Source of the DNA: Eledone cirrhosa
Taxonomy: Eukaryota
DNA length: 64,000 nt
Assembly: GCA_964016885.1 (NCBI GenBank)
Contig: OZ024763.1
Coordinates: forward strand, 23,064,001-23,128,000
Reading direction: 5' to 3'
Shown: positions 10,521 through 21,800 of the stretch, piece by piece
Numbering within the stretch: the stretch's first letter is position 1
How the letters are laid out: each line of letters opens with the position of its first letter
Notes under the pieces: model-generated
The model's database searches: none
Told to the model about the DNA's origin: nothing
The model's input: the letters and a program-made list of their open reading frames with translations, nothing else
Translations under genes and position numbers: made by a program

Positions 10521-11070
10521 AAATAAAAAAAATAAAAAACTTAAAGACACGACGCACACACAAGCACTCATGCATACAAACCACAACCACACACACGCCA
10601 CTCACATACCAACACTCATTCATGCATACAATCACACACACCACTCACAAACACACATATATATACATATATTACCGACAGTACTGATACAAATACAAAA
10701 TCAAAATCAAAATCATCAAAATCAAAATCAATATTATGTCAACTGTTGACCTTTCCCAGTCCAGTTCAGCTTGTATATAATAACAATATTAATAATAATT
10801 GTTTGCTTTACGCTGGTAATGGCGTTGATATATATATAGATAGATATATATACATATATACATTTACATATATATATGAAACTTCCTCATTTTTCCATTA
10901 TATATATATAATAGAAAACGAGGAAGTTCCATTTACATATAAAAAATATTTATTGCGTATCGACCAGTTACGCACATTTCATGTATTTACACTCTGCCTG
11001 TGCATAGAGTGCTTGATTTGGTACTAACACCAGTATTTCATGATACTACCTACAATATATATATATATAT

Positions 11071-11183
11071 ATAGAAATGACTTCTACAGGACTAGAACTG
11101 TTTCATCCAGGAGAAATCATTGGGGCTTTCCTGATGATTTCTCCCGAATGAAACACTTCTAGTCCTGTAGAAGCCATTTCTAT
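11071..11183. repeat. Imperfect 113-bp palindrome containing CTGATGA...GAAAC
   Basis: atagaaatgacttctacaggactagaa...ttctagtcctgtagaagccatttctat. Confidence 0.85.
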
Positions 11184-11284
11184 ATTAAATATTTATACTA
11201 TGCTATGTATTGAGTACCTTACTTACTGTGGTTACCCCTGATTGAACCCGGGATAAACTTATATATATATATATGTATATATAT

Positions 11285-11338
11285 GCCCCAGCATGGCCTC
11301 AGCCAGATGGCTGAAACAGGTAAAAGAGTAAAAGAGTA
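11285..11338 (+). mobile_element. Probable SINE/retroposon 3' tail fragment
   Basis: gccccagcatggcctcagccagatggctgaaacaggtaaaagagtaaaaga: a small hairpin and short repeated tail, embedded in (TA)n. Confidence 0.5.
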
Positions 11339-11404
11339 TATATATATATATATATATATATCATTATACCAACAGCTTATTTTTTATAAGCAGACAGTAT
11401 TATT

Positions 11405-12620
11405 GATTTAGGTGTTGCAGAAACCCAATTTCGGAGTATTCCATCTTCCCCGAGGGTCCGGGTAAATATTTCAATCATATCTCATTTTGTTTGACCCGTT
11501 TAGCTTGTTCGCTTTTTTTGCTTTGGTGGTTAATGGCTTCTTAACCATCGTCTCAGCGTGTATGACCATTTTAACTTATGTTTATAGCTCTGGTATCTTC
11601 TTCATATCCATGGAGCACTTGTCTGCACAATATGGAAGTTGCGTTTCGCTAATTTCTACCCGCCGAAATGGGATTCTCGCTAAATATATTTATATATATG
11701 TATACACACACACACACACACAAATATATATATATATATATAATAAAATGTTGTAGTTTGTTCGAAGCATTGTATATAATATAAAACATTAAAAGAGATA
11801 GATGGCTAAACACTGCAAAATGGACTGTAAGATGAGGTAACGAAATATATATATTATATATTACTTGCCAACTTATAGAAGTCATGTCTGAGAAAATCAC
11901 AGACCTGCACCATACCACCTCTAGCCGAAGCTCAAAGATTCTAAGGAGTAAATCCGAGCATTTATTAAAAATTAAAGATCAGTTGACGTATATATAAAAA
12001 AAAACATATCAAGTATTGACAGGGGATAATTTATATATACATATATAGAAGTCTTATATATTTTTATGTGGGCTGATAGTGAACGGATTAAGGAATTGCA
12101 GAAACCCAAGAAGCTAGATTTAACACCCTTCTAGCGGGTCCGGGTAAGTTTTTTACATTCATTTAAATTATTGATTTATTGATATTTTATTTGAGTGACC
12201 CGAATCTTCCTGGTCGTTCTTTTTTCGGCTGTGCGGGTGATTTTAGGCATAATCTCTATGTGTTGGTAATTTAACGATAGTTATAGCTCTGATTTATCCA
12301 AATTATTGAGCCCTCTGCCACTCATATCGGATGTTGTTTATCGTTAATTCGTGAGCTGATTTTCCGATACTCGATTATTCTATTACATATATATATATAT
12401 ATTCCTTTTATTAAGGCTAAATAGTGAGTCTTGTTACTGTGGAGTTTCACCTGTTTATTGCTGGGTTCATCAGACATCAACCATATACGGATATATATAT
12501 ATCAGAGTGTTGTAGTTTGCTTGAAGCATTGTTGAATAGGAAATATAAATTAAATAATTTTGAAAACCATACAATGCATTAGAAAATTAAAGGTGCTAAG
12601 ATAACAATAGAATCTTACCT
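11405..12620. repeat. Two diverged copies of an unidentified composite repeat (about 11405-11850 and 12085-12620)
   Basis: Shared blocks in the same order: ttgcagaaacccaa, gggtccgggtaa, tgacccg, ttatagctctg, tgttgtagtttg..gaagcattgt. Confidence 0.7.
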
Positions 12621-12832
12621 TAGCAAATATAATACCCATTATCAATGGGTGTATCCTTGTGAGGGTCTTAAAGGATCATTCGGAGATGAATTGTTAGGGC
12701 GATGTGTTATGTCCTTGGGCAAGACACTTTATTTCACGTTGTTCCGTCTAACTGGGGTTGCGACTATTAGAAGGCATTAGCTATTGGAAAGACCAACAGA
12801 AACATTGTTTCTTGGTCTGATTTGATGAAAGT

Positions 12833-12876
<44 letters not shown>

Positions 12877-13735
12877 ATATATATCATCCTCGTTTAAGGT
12901 TCATATTCCTACGCTAACATGGGTTAGACCAGTTGCCCTGTTGGGAGACAAGTCAGGTGTCTGATGCTCTACCGATACTGCCAATCCATCGCCCTCATAA
13001 CAACACATGTTTTAAGGGCATTCTGAGACCAATCAACCCCAAAACTGCATTTGTTCCTATTTAAAAAAACAAAAAAAAAACAGTTTAACGGGTTCCTATT
13101 GAAATTGAAACTTTTAAAAATAATTTTATTCAAAAACATTTAATGTTTCAAATAGCATCTAAAGAGTTTTAATATTAACCTGGTTTTATGAAACAAAACC
13201 ACCCATTTAAAAAAAGTTCTCAAAAATAATTTATTATGAGAATATTTTGATAAATTATTGGCTAAATCCTACACTATATGGAATTTTTTTGTGATAGTGT
13301 TATACGGCTGGCTGCTTTTCCTGGCGCCAACCCTGTTAGTCATCCATTCTCCACCATATACACCGAACAGATCATGTTTGTAAGAAGTAGAAAGCATTAT
13401 TAGACAGAGATATTTACACAATATTCCTATCAATACATTTTTTCTACAATACATATATGTCTATTCATATTATGAAATATTTGTCCAACCGTTATGTATT
13501 GGGAAGTTTATATGTCTTTTGTGAGATGACTTCCTCAGAGACTGTGAACTGAGGAAAAGTTGGGGGAAAAATGCTAAAGATAAGAAAATATAGATAAATA
13601 AAAGACACAGTTATGGCTGTGTAATTAATTATGTATTGTAACCAAGGTGCCACAGAGAGGGACAGAACCCAGAGCTATGTGGTTACGATATAAATACCTT
13701 AACCAACACACCTGCACGTATACGGAAACATAGCA

Positions 13736-14030
13736 ATCATCATCACCACCACCATCATCACTGTTTAACGTCTATTTTCCATGACACATCTGTTAGACAG
13801 GCTGTCACGTACTGAGGCTAGACAAGTTAGGTGACTATAAACCACAGAGTGTACAGGGAGCATTTTTACAGGGAGACTATACAGAGTGTACAGGGAGAAT
13901 TTTTATCTTGACTTCAGGGCTGCCCCCGTATGGAGTAGACTGGGTGCTTTTTGTTGTGGCATCAACACCACCACCTTACAGAGTGGACTGGGTACTTTTA
14001 ATCATGGCATCAGCACTACATACAGGGGTG
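13736..14030 (-). mobile_element. Old degraded RTE family A-like 3' end; a similar stub lies at 12881-12930
   Basis: catcatcactgtttaacgtctattttccatg...gttagac, and the repeated gactgggtgctttttgttgtggcatc module. Confidence 0.6.
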
Positions 14031-14493
14031 CTTGGTATGTCCATGATCTGGCTTGGAAGGCACTGACAGGCATAAAGAAATGAAAAGGGTGCAGTCTATA
14101 TGTTGTTTGCTAGGAGTGGGGATGGGAGACATGCACCTTTAATGAGTTGTAGTGCACCTGAGCACTGTACATAATAATTTTCATTATTATACCATTTTCT
14201 ATCCATTAACTCCTTAAAACCCCTAAAACATAGCTGTTTACTTTTAAATGTTTTACCTTTATATGAAAACATACCATCATCATTTTCTGTAAGAACCTTT
14301 GTTAAGTTATGCTCCAAACACTGACTGCTTACAATTTTCGAATAATTCTGAAAATAATCAAGAATTTGAATGAATTTAGTAATATAGCTAACTTTCACAT
14401 TATCAAGCTAGTGTTTGGAACATAACTTAACAAAGGTTCTTACATAAAATTATGGTAGAAGGTTTTTTTTTTAGATAAATATAAACACTTTAA

Positions 14494-15043
14494 CCCTTTA
14501 GCATTTACTAAGAGAGAAACTGTATAGAATGGAGTGATAGAATGTAGTGTACGGGAGAGGAGACTGAGGTGGTATGGACATGTGATGCGCATGGAGGATG
14601 ACCGATGGGTGAAGAAGTGCCAGGAATTGCCAGTTGAAGGAAGACGTGGTAGAGGTAGACCACGAAATACATGGGCGGAGGTGGTGAGAACAGACCTCAG
14701 ATCATTGAACCTCACGGTGGAGATGACGAAGGACCGTGACAAGTGGAGAGATGCTGTGCTGAATAAGACCCGTCCCACCCTTGCAAGCAGGGAAAAGCGG
14801 ACGTAAAATGATGATGATGATGATGATGATGATTACTCTATATATACTATTGTGTTTTTACGGTAAACACTTTATTTTCGGTAAACACTTTATCTCGCAT
14901 AATATTGAATCTATAATAGTTTGATATTATTTATTTTGAGAACAATACCTTAACATCAGTATAAGTGGCTGGTTACAGCCAGTTTGAACTAAAAGCAGGT
15001 GAAAGAATTCTGGCTGGATATGGCTGGTTTAAATGCTAAAGGG
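14494..15043. mobile_element. piggyBac-like MITE (14-bp TIR CCCTTTAGCATTTA, TTAA target duplication)
   Basis: TTAA(14490-93)-CCCTTTAGCATTTA ... TAAATGCTAAAGGG-TTAA(15044-47). Neighbouring tandem units show the empty site aaacactTTAAaataaataa. Confidence 0.9.
14510..14832 (+). mobile_element. RTE family B 3' fragment nested in the MITE
   Basis: ORF 14534-14806 is nearly identical to the C-terminus of 7251-8129; (GAT)n tail. Confidence 0.93.
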
Positions 15044-16140
15044 TTAAAATAAATAACTTAGTATCATAGAACCAGAAATAGTTTCAAGCAGTTTGGTATA
15101 AAAATAGTTAAGCTGGTGATTGGAACATAACTTAACGAAGGTTCTTACATAAAATTGTGGTGGAAGGTTCTTTTGAGATACATATATAAACACTTTAAAA
15201 TAAATAATTTAAAGCAGTTTGGTATGAAAATAGTTAAGCTGGTGATTGGAACATAACTTAACAAAGGTTCTTACATAAAATTGTGGTAGAAGTTTAAAAA
15301 AATAAATAAATATAAACACTTTAGAATAAATAATTTAAAGCAGTTTTGTACAAAATAGTTAAGTTGGCGATTGGAACATAACTTAACAACGGTTCTTACA
15401 TAAAATTATGGTGGATTTTTTTTTTTTCTTTAGATAAATATAAACACTTTAAAATAAATAACTTAGTATCATAGAACGAAAAGTAGTTTCAAGCAGTTTG
15501 GTATGAAAATAGTTAACTTGGTGATTGGGACATAACTTAACAAAGGTTCTTACATAAAATTATGGTGGAAGTTTTTTTTTTTTTAGATAAATATAAACAC
15601 TTTAAAATAAATAACTTAGTATCATAGAACCAAAAGTAGTTTCGAGCAGTTTCATATCGAAATAGTTAAGCTGGTAATTGGGACATAACTAAACAAAGGT
15701 TCTTACATAAAATTGTGATGAAAGGGTTGTTTTTTTCTGAGAAATATATCAACATTTTCAAAAGAAAAGCTTCAAATAATAGTAGTTTGGTATCAAAGGG
15801 TTAAAGAATTATTTCTTACAACACAATATACAGAGCAATAAATCTTGAATTTTTATCTCTGGTCCCTATTAAACTAGAAAGCAGAATATTCATAAACCTA
15901 ATTTCTCACACTCATAAATAGTCAGTTTTATACTGGTTTTAGGTGAAGGCCAAAACAGAACACATCATCTCACACCATCAAAGTGTGAACCAAAAATACA
16001 CTGAGTTGTCTATACCAGTTTAACAGAACACCACGCATTACGAAACACACACATATATACATATATATAGACACACATATATGTATATATATATATATAT
16101 ATATAATATAAGATCAAAAGATGGTTAAAGGAGTTCCATG

Positions 16141-16211
16141 TATTTTATTATGCGCATTTCAAAAACAAACATCATCATGCAATAATATTTGTGTTTTCAT
16201 CAGATAAAACA
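16141..16211 (-). ncRNA. Type I hammerhead ribozyme candidate
   Basis: Minus strand: TGTTTTAT-CTGATGA-[16-bp stem II with one mismatch]-GAAA-TGCGCA-TA-ATAAAATA. Stem I closes, stem III is palindromic (ATGCGCAT), and the cleavage triplet is AUA. Confidence 0.75.
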
Positions 16212-16264
16212 GGAGAACATGATATGAAGGCTAAAAAACACTTGTGGATAGTGCAGTTTTAAAT

Positions 16265-16298
<34 letters not shown>

Positions 16299-16482
16299 AA
16301 AGTATGTGCTCCTACATGTAAATAATACACATAAAGATACAAGTATAGTCCAACCGTATGCAACTGTGGTTCAATGGCAAGTTAATAAATTAACAAGCCA
16401 GAGCATATAAAATCAAGGGAAAGCAAATAAAGAAAAATTTTTAAAAATAAATTTAAAAAAATTCACTGTACTTACTATACGT

Positions 16483-16564
16483 GCCTTTACTGCGGTTTCA
16501 GATCCCAAAACAAATAGATAATCCAGGCGGATTTCCATTGAGAAAGAAATCCTCGTCAGAAGGC
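16483..16564 (-). ncRNA. Type I hammerhead ribozyme candidate (inverted partner of 17110-17180)
   Basis: Minus strand: GCCTT-CTGACGA-GGAT...GATCT-GAAA-CCGCAG-TA-AAGGC. Confidence 0.72.
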
Positions 16565-16748
16565 TTTTCTCTCTCACAGAATATAAGATTCTCAAGTTCA
16601 AAATACAAACTGACGCCATACAAAACTGCCCCAACAAATGAATGATGAAACAATTTTGCACCGTGTACAAAGACAGTCGGACTATACTTGTATCCCTATG
16701 TGTATTATTTACATGTAGGAACATATACTTTTATTATTATTCTCCCCA

Positions 16749-16902
16749 GGGCGGTGGATTGGCAGTATCAGTAGAGGGTCGGACGCCATGCTTTGACGCA
16801 AAGAGTTACGTCCCTTTACGATCTGAGTTCAAATCCCGCTGAGGTTAAAAGTACCAGTAATGTACTGGGTAATTGCTGGCCTTGTGCCAAAAGTAGAAAC
16901 AA
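16749..16902 (+). mobile_element. Internally deleted tRNA-derived SINE with 16-bp target-site duplication
   Basis: A-box-like TGGCAGTATCAG, B box GAGTTCAAATCC, 3' end ggccttgtgccaaa. ATTATTATTCTCCCCA flanks it at 16733-16748 and 16902-16917. Confidence 0.85.
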
Positions 16903-17109
16903 TTATTATTCTCCCCAACGGTAGAGAAACCTTTGGTCATTTGACCGGCTGCTGTTTTTAGTAGCGAGAGATTGACCTCTCCACCTTGCTTTCAGTCTTT
17001 GTACACGGTACTAGACAAAATTGTTTCATTATTCATTTGTTGGGGCAGTTTTGTATGGCGCCAGTTTGTATTTTGAACTCGGGAATCTTATATTCTCCGA
17101 GAGAGAAAA

Positions 17110-17180
17110 GCCTTCTGACGAGGATCTCTTTCTCGCCTGGATTATCTATTTGTTTTGGGATCTGAAACCGCGGTAAAGGC
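17110..17180 (+). ncRNA. Type I hammerhead ribozyme candidate
   Basis: GCCTT-CTGACGA-GGATCTC...GGGATCT-GAAA-CCGCGG-TA-AAGGC: 5-bp stem I, 7-bp stem II with G.U pairs, palindromic ACCGCGGT stem III, GUA cleavage triplet at 17173-17175. Confidence 0.8.
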
Positions 17181-17302
17181 ACATATAGTAAGTACAGTGA
17201 ATTTCTTGAAATTTATTTTAAAATTTTTTCTTTATTTGCTTTCCCTTGATTTTATATATATATATATATATGTGTGTATATATATATATACATATATATA
17301 TA

Positions 17303-18330
17303 TATGTGTGGCCGGTGCTCAGGTGCAATAAGTAGTAGCAAGTGCCTACAGGATACTAGCTTCTTCCATTGTCCAGATGGTTCTATAGAAATAGTGGACA
17401 CCTTCCGTTACCTGGGTGACAAAATCAGCAGTGGTGGAGGGTGCTCTGAAAGTACAGTAGCTAGAGTCAGAACGGGATGGAAAAAGTTCAGAGAGCTTAT
17501 ACCACTATTGGCCACTAAAGGTTTCTCCCTAAAAATAAAAGGCAGACTGTATGAACAGCAATGTTACATGGCAGTGAGACTTGGGCATTGTGTGCAGAGG
17601 ATCTATGCAGACTGGAGAGGAACGAAGCTTGCATGCTCTGTTGGATGTGTAATAGTAATATACGTGAATGGCAAAGCATAAATGAACTAAGTGAGAAATT
17701 AGGAATAAGAGGGATCAGATGCTGTTTACTCGAGAGAAGACTACGTTGGTATGGTCACGTGATGCGCATGAAAGATGACAGCTGTATAAAAAAATGCAGG
17801 GCGATCAAAATAGATGGAAGTTACGGAGTAGGCAGACCCAGAAAAACCTGGGACGATTTGATAAATTCAGACCTTACACACTTACACCTCTCCAAGACAA
17901 TGTCACTGGACCGAGATCTTTGGTGCTATGCAGTAATACAGAAGACCCGCCTTACCTAAGTACAAAGCGAAACCTAGTCAGCAGGCACCTCTTAACCAAA
18001 AATACACACCTACCCCCACCCCCATCTACACCACCCCTTTCTCTGTAAAGTTATGTTGGTGCTACAACATCCAGTCCTAAATAAATGAGATCGTGTAGGT
18101 GTCACGACAAAAAAACACACAGTCCACGCTGTAATGTGGCCGTGTAGGTAACACGGTAAAAGCCTCCCAGTCTGTAAACGTGGTTAGTGTTAGGAAGGGC
18201 ATCCAGCCGTAGTAAACCTGCCAGACAGTCCTATATGAGCAAGACAACCAATCCTGCCTCACGTGGGACAATTCCCGTCTAAACCCATGCTAGCGTGGAA
18301 GATAGACGTTAAACGATGATGATGATGATG
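17303..18330 (+). mobile_element. RTE family A 5'-truncated copy, frameshifted near 17553
   Basis: ORFs 17274-17681 and 17561-17959 align to 552-1310; 3' UTR and (GAT)n tail present; starts out of (TA)n. Confidence 0.92.
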
Positions 18331-18344
18331 TGTGTATATATATA

Positions 18345-18622
18345 TATGAGATAATTAAATCGAGATCTTGTAGGTGTCACGACGAAAAAACACACAGTCC
18401 ACGCTGTGATGTGGCCGTGTAGGTAACACGGTAAAAAGTTCCCAGTTCCACACTGTAAATGTGGTTGGTGTTAGGAAGGGCATCCAGCCATAGAAAACCT
18501 GCCAGATAGTCCTATATGAGCGAGACATGGTCACCTGACCAACCTTGCCTCAAGTGGGACAACTCCTGTCTAACCCATGCTAGCGTGGAAGATGGACGTT
18601 AAACGAAGATGATGATGATGAT
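18345..18622 (+). mobile_element. Second RTE family A 3' UTR fragment in tandem
   Basis: Diverged copy of 18080-18330 with its own (GAT)n tail. Confidence 0.88.
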
Positions 18623-18639
18623 ACATATATATATATAAT

Positions 18640-18862
18640 GGTTTCTTATATAGGCACAAGGCCAACAATTTTGGGGGAGGGGAAAGTCGATTAAATCGAC
18701 TCCAGTGCGTGACTGGTACTTTATTTTATCAACCCCGTAAGGATGAAAAGCAAAGTTAACCTCAGTAGGATTTGAACTCAGAACCTAAAAGGCAGAGCAT
18801 CAGACAACTTGCCACAAAGCATGTTGTCTGATGCTCTAGCAATTCTACTGCCAATCCACATC
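18640..18862 (-). mobile_element. Near full-length tRNA-derived SINE with Nin/Deu-like core
   Basis: ggcacaaggccaacaattttggg...gtcgattaaatcgactccagtg...ctggtactttattttatc...ggatgaaaagcaaagt...gatttgaactcagaac...attctactgccaatcc. Confidence 0.8.
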
Positions 18863-21800
18863 ACTAATATTAGGTTAATAATGAAAAAGTTAGTTATATA
18901 TCTAAATAATAATAATGAAATTATTGTGTACAGTGCTCAGGTGCACTACAACTCATCAGAGGTGCATGTATAGTACATAGAATAACAAAGGTTCTTACAT
19001 AAAATTTTGAAGGAAGTTTATTTCAAATAGCTTTCAAGAATTTGGAGGGATTTAGTAAAATAAATAACATTATTAAGCTGGTGTTTGGAACATGGTAACA
19101 GACAGAAGCCTGACCTGACCAGACAAGCTCTGGTTCTATGAAATATAACACACATAACCCTATCAGTGAAATTATAACACACATAACCCTATCAGTGAAG
19201 CCCTTTAGTATAGGTCAACTGGGAAATTATAACACACATAACCCTATCAGTGAAGCCCTTTAGTATAGATCAACTGGGAAATTATAACACACATAACCCT
19301 ATCAGTGAAATTATAACACACATAACCCTATCAGTGAAGCCCTTTAGTATAGATCAACTGGGAAATTATAACACACATAACCCTATCAGTGAAGCCCTTT
19401 AGTATAGGTCAACTGGGAAATTACAACACACATAAGCCTATCAGTGAAGTCCTTTAGGATAGGTCAACTGGGAAATTACAACACACATAACCCTATCAGT
19501 GAAGCCCTTTAGTATAGGTCAACTGGGAAATTATAACACACATAACCCCATCAATGACGCCCTTTAGTATAGGTCAACTGGGAAATTATAACATACATAA
19601 CCCTATCAGTGAAGCCCTTTAGTATAGATGAACTGGGAAATTATAACACACATAACCCTATCAGTGGAGCCTTTAGTATAGGTCAACTGGGAAATTATAA
19701 CACACATAACCCTATCAGTGAAGTCCTTTAGTATAGGTCAACTGGGAAATTATAACACACATAACCCTATCAGTGAAGCCCTTTAGTATAGGTCAACTGG
19801 GAAATTATAACACACATAACCCTATCAGTGAAGCCGTTTAGTATAGGTCAACTGGGAAATTATAACACACATAACCCTATCAGTGAAGCCCTTTAGTATA
19901 GGTCAACTGGGAAATTATAACACACATAACCCTATCAGTGAAGCCCTTTAGTATAGGTCAACAGGGAAATTATAACACACATAACCCTATCAGTGAAGCC
20001 CTTTAATATAGGTCAACTGGGAAATTATAACACACATAACCCTATCAGAAAAGCCCTTTAGTATAGGTCAAATGGGAAATTATAACACATAACCCTATCA
20101 GTGAAGCCCTTTAGTATAGGTCAACTGGGAAATTATAACACACATAACCCTATCAGTGAAGCCCTTTAGTATAGGTCAACTGGGAAATTATAACATACAT
20201 AACCCTATCAGTAAAGCCCTTTAGTATAGGTCAACTGGGAAATTATAACACATAACCCTATCAGTAAAGCCCTTTAGTATAGGTCAACTAGGAAATTATA
20301 ACACACATAACCCCATCAGTGAAGCCCTTCAGTATAGGTCAACTGGGAAATTATAACACACATAACCCCATCAGTGAAGCCCTTTAGTATAGGTGAACTG
20401 GAAAATTATAACACACATAACCCCATCAGTGAAGCCCTTTAGTATAGGTCAACTGGGAAATTATAACATACATAACCCCATCAGTGAAGCCCTTTAGTAT
20501 AGGTCAACTGGGAAATTATAACATACATAACCCCATCATTGAAGCCCTTTAGTATAGGTCAACTGGGAAATTATAATATACATAACCCCATCAGTGAAGC
20601 CCTTTAGTATAGGTCAACTGGGAAATTCTAACACATATAACCCCATCAGTGAAGCCCTTTAGTATAGGTCCACTGGGAAATTATAACACACATGACCCTA
20701 TCAGTGAAGCCCTTTAGTATAGGTCAACTGGGAAATTATAACACACATAACCCCATCAGTGAAGCCCTTTAGTATAGGTCAACTGGGAAATTATAACACA
20801 CAACCCTATCAGTAAAGCCCTTTAGTATAGGTCAACTGGGAAATTATAACACACATAACCCTATCAGTGAAGCCCTTTAGTATAGGTCAACTGGGAAATT
20901 ATAACATACATAAACCCATCAGTGAAGCCCTTTAGGATAGGTCAACTGGGAAATTATAACATACATAACCCTATCAGTAAAGCCCTTTAGTATAGGTCAA
21001 CTGGGAAATTATAACATACATAACCCCATCAGTGAAGCCCTTTAGTATAGGTCAACTGGGAAATTATAACATACATAACCCTATCAGTGAAGCCCTTTAG
21101 TATAGGTCAACTGGGAAATTATAACACACAACCCTATCAGTAAAGCCCTTTAGTATAGGTCAACTGGGAAATTATAACACACATAACCCTATCAGTGAAG
21201 CCCTTTAGTATAGGTCAACTGGGAAATTATAACACACATAACCCCATCAGTGAAGCCCTTTAGTATAGGTCAACTGGGAAATTATAACATACATAACCCT
21301 ATCAGTGAAGCCCTTTAGTATAGGTCAACTGGGAAATTACAACATACATAACCCCATCAGTGAAGCCCTTTAGTATAGGTCAACTGGGAAATTATAACAC
21401 ACATAACCCCATCAGTGAAGCCCTTTAGTATAGGTCAACTGGGAAATTATAACACACATAACCCCATCAGTGAAGCCCTTTAGTATAGGTCAACTGGGAA
21501 ATTATAACACACATAACCCCATCAGTGAAGCCCTTTAGTATAGGTCAACTGGGAAATTATAACACACATAACCCCATCAGTGAAGCACTTTAGTATAGGT
21601 CAACTGGGAAATTATAACATACATAACCCTATCAGTAAAGCCCTTTAGTATAGGTCAACTGGGAAATTATAACATACATAACCCTATCAGTGAAGCCCTT
21701 TAATATAGGTCAACTGGGAAATTATAACACACATAACCCTATCAGAAAAGCCCTTTAGTATAGGTCAACTGGGAAATTATAACACATAACCCTATCAGTG

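Larger units (their letters stand above)
14190..15804. mobile_element. AT-rich non-autonomous DNA-transposon-like element with internal 125/154-bp tandem repeats
   Basis: ttggaacataacttaacaaaggttcttacataaaatt recurs near 14416, 15121, 15246, 15372, 15525 and 15678, with an inverted copy at about 14283-14320. The right end (ggtatcaaagggTTAA) is piggyBac-like. A related fragment lies at 18983-19093. Confidence 0.7.
16405..17258. repeat. Inverted repeat pair with arms of about 265 bp (16405-16675 and 16995-17258), each carrying a hammerhead; probable Penelope-like pseudo-LTR remnants
   Basis: Direct reverse-complement match with small indels. A second inverted pair lies at 16293-16356 and 16672-16738. 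Confidence 0.85.

Noticed and set aside
10955-11050. Further hammerhead candidate (minus-strand GAAATGTGCGTA plus hairpins)
   Set aside because: No recognisable CUGANGA core and no convincing stem I.
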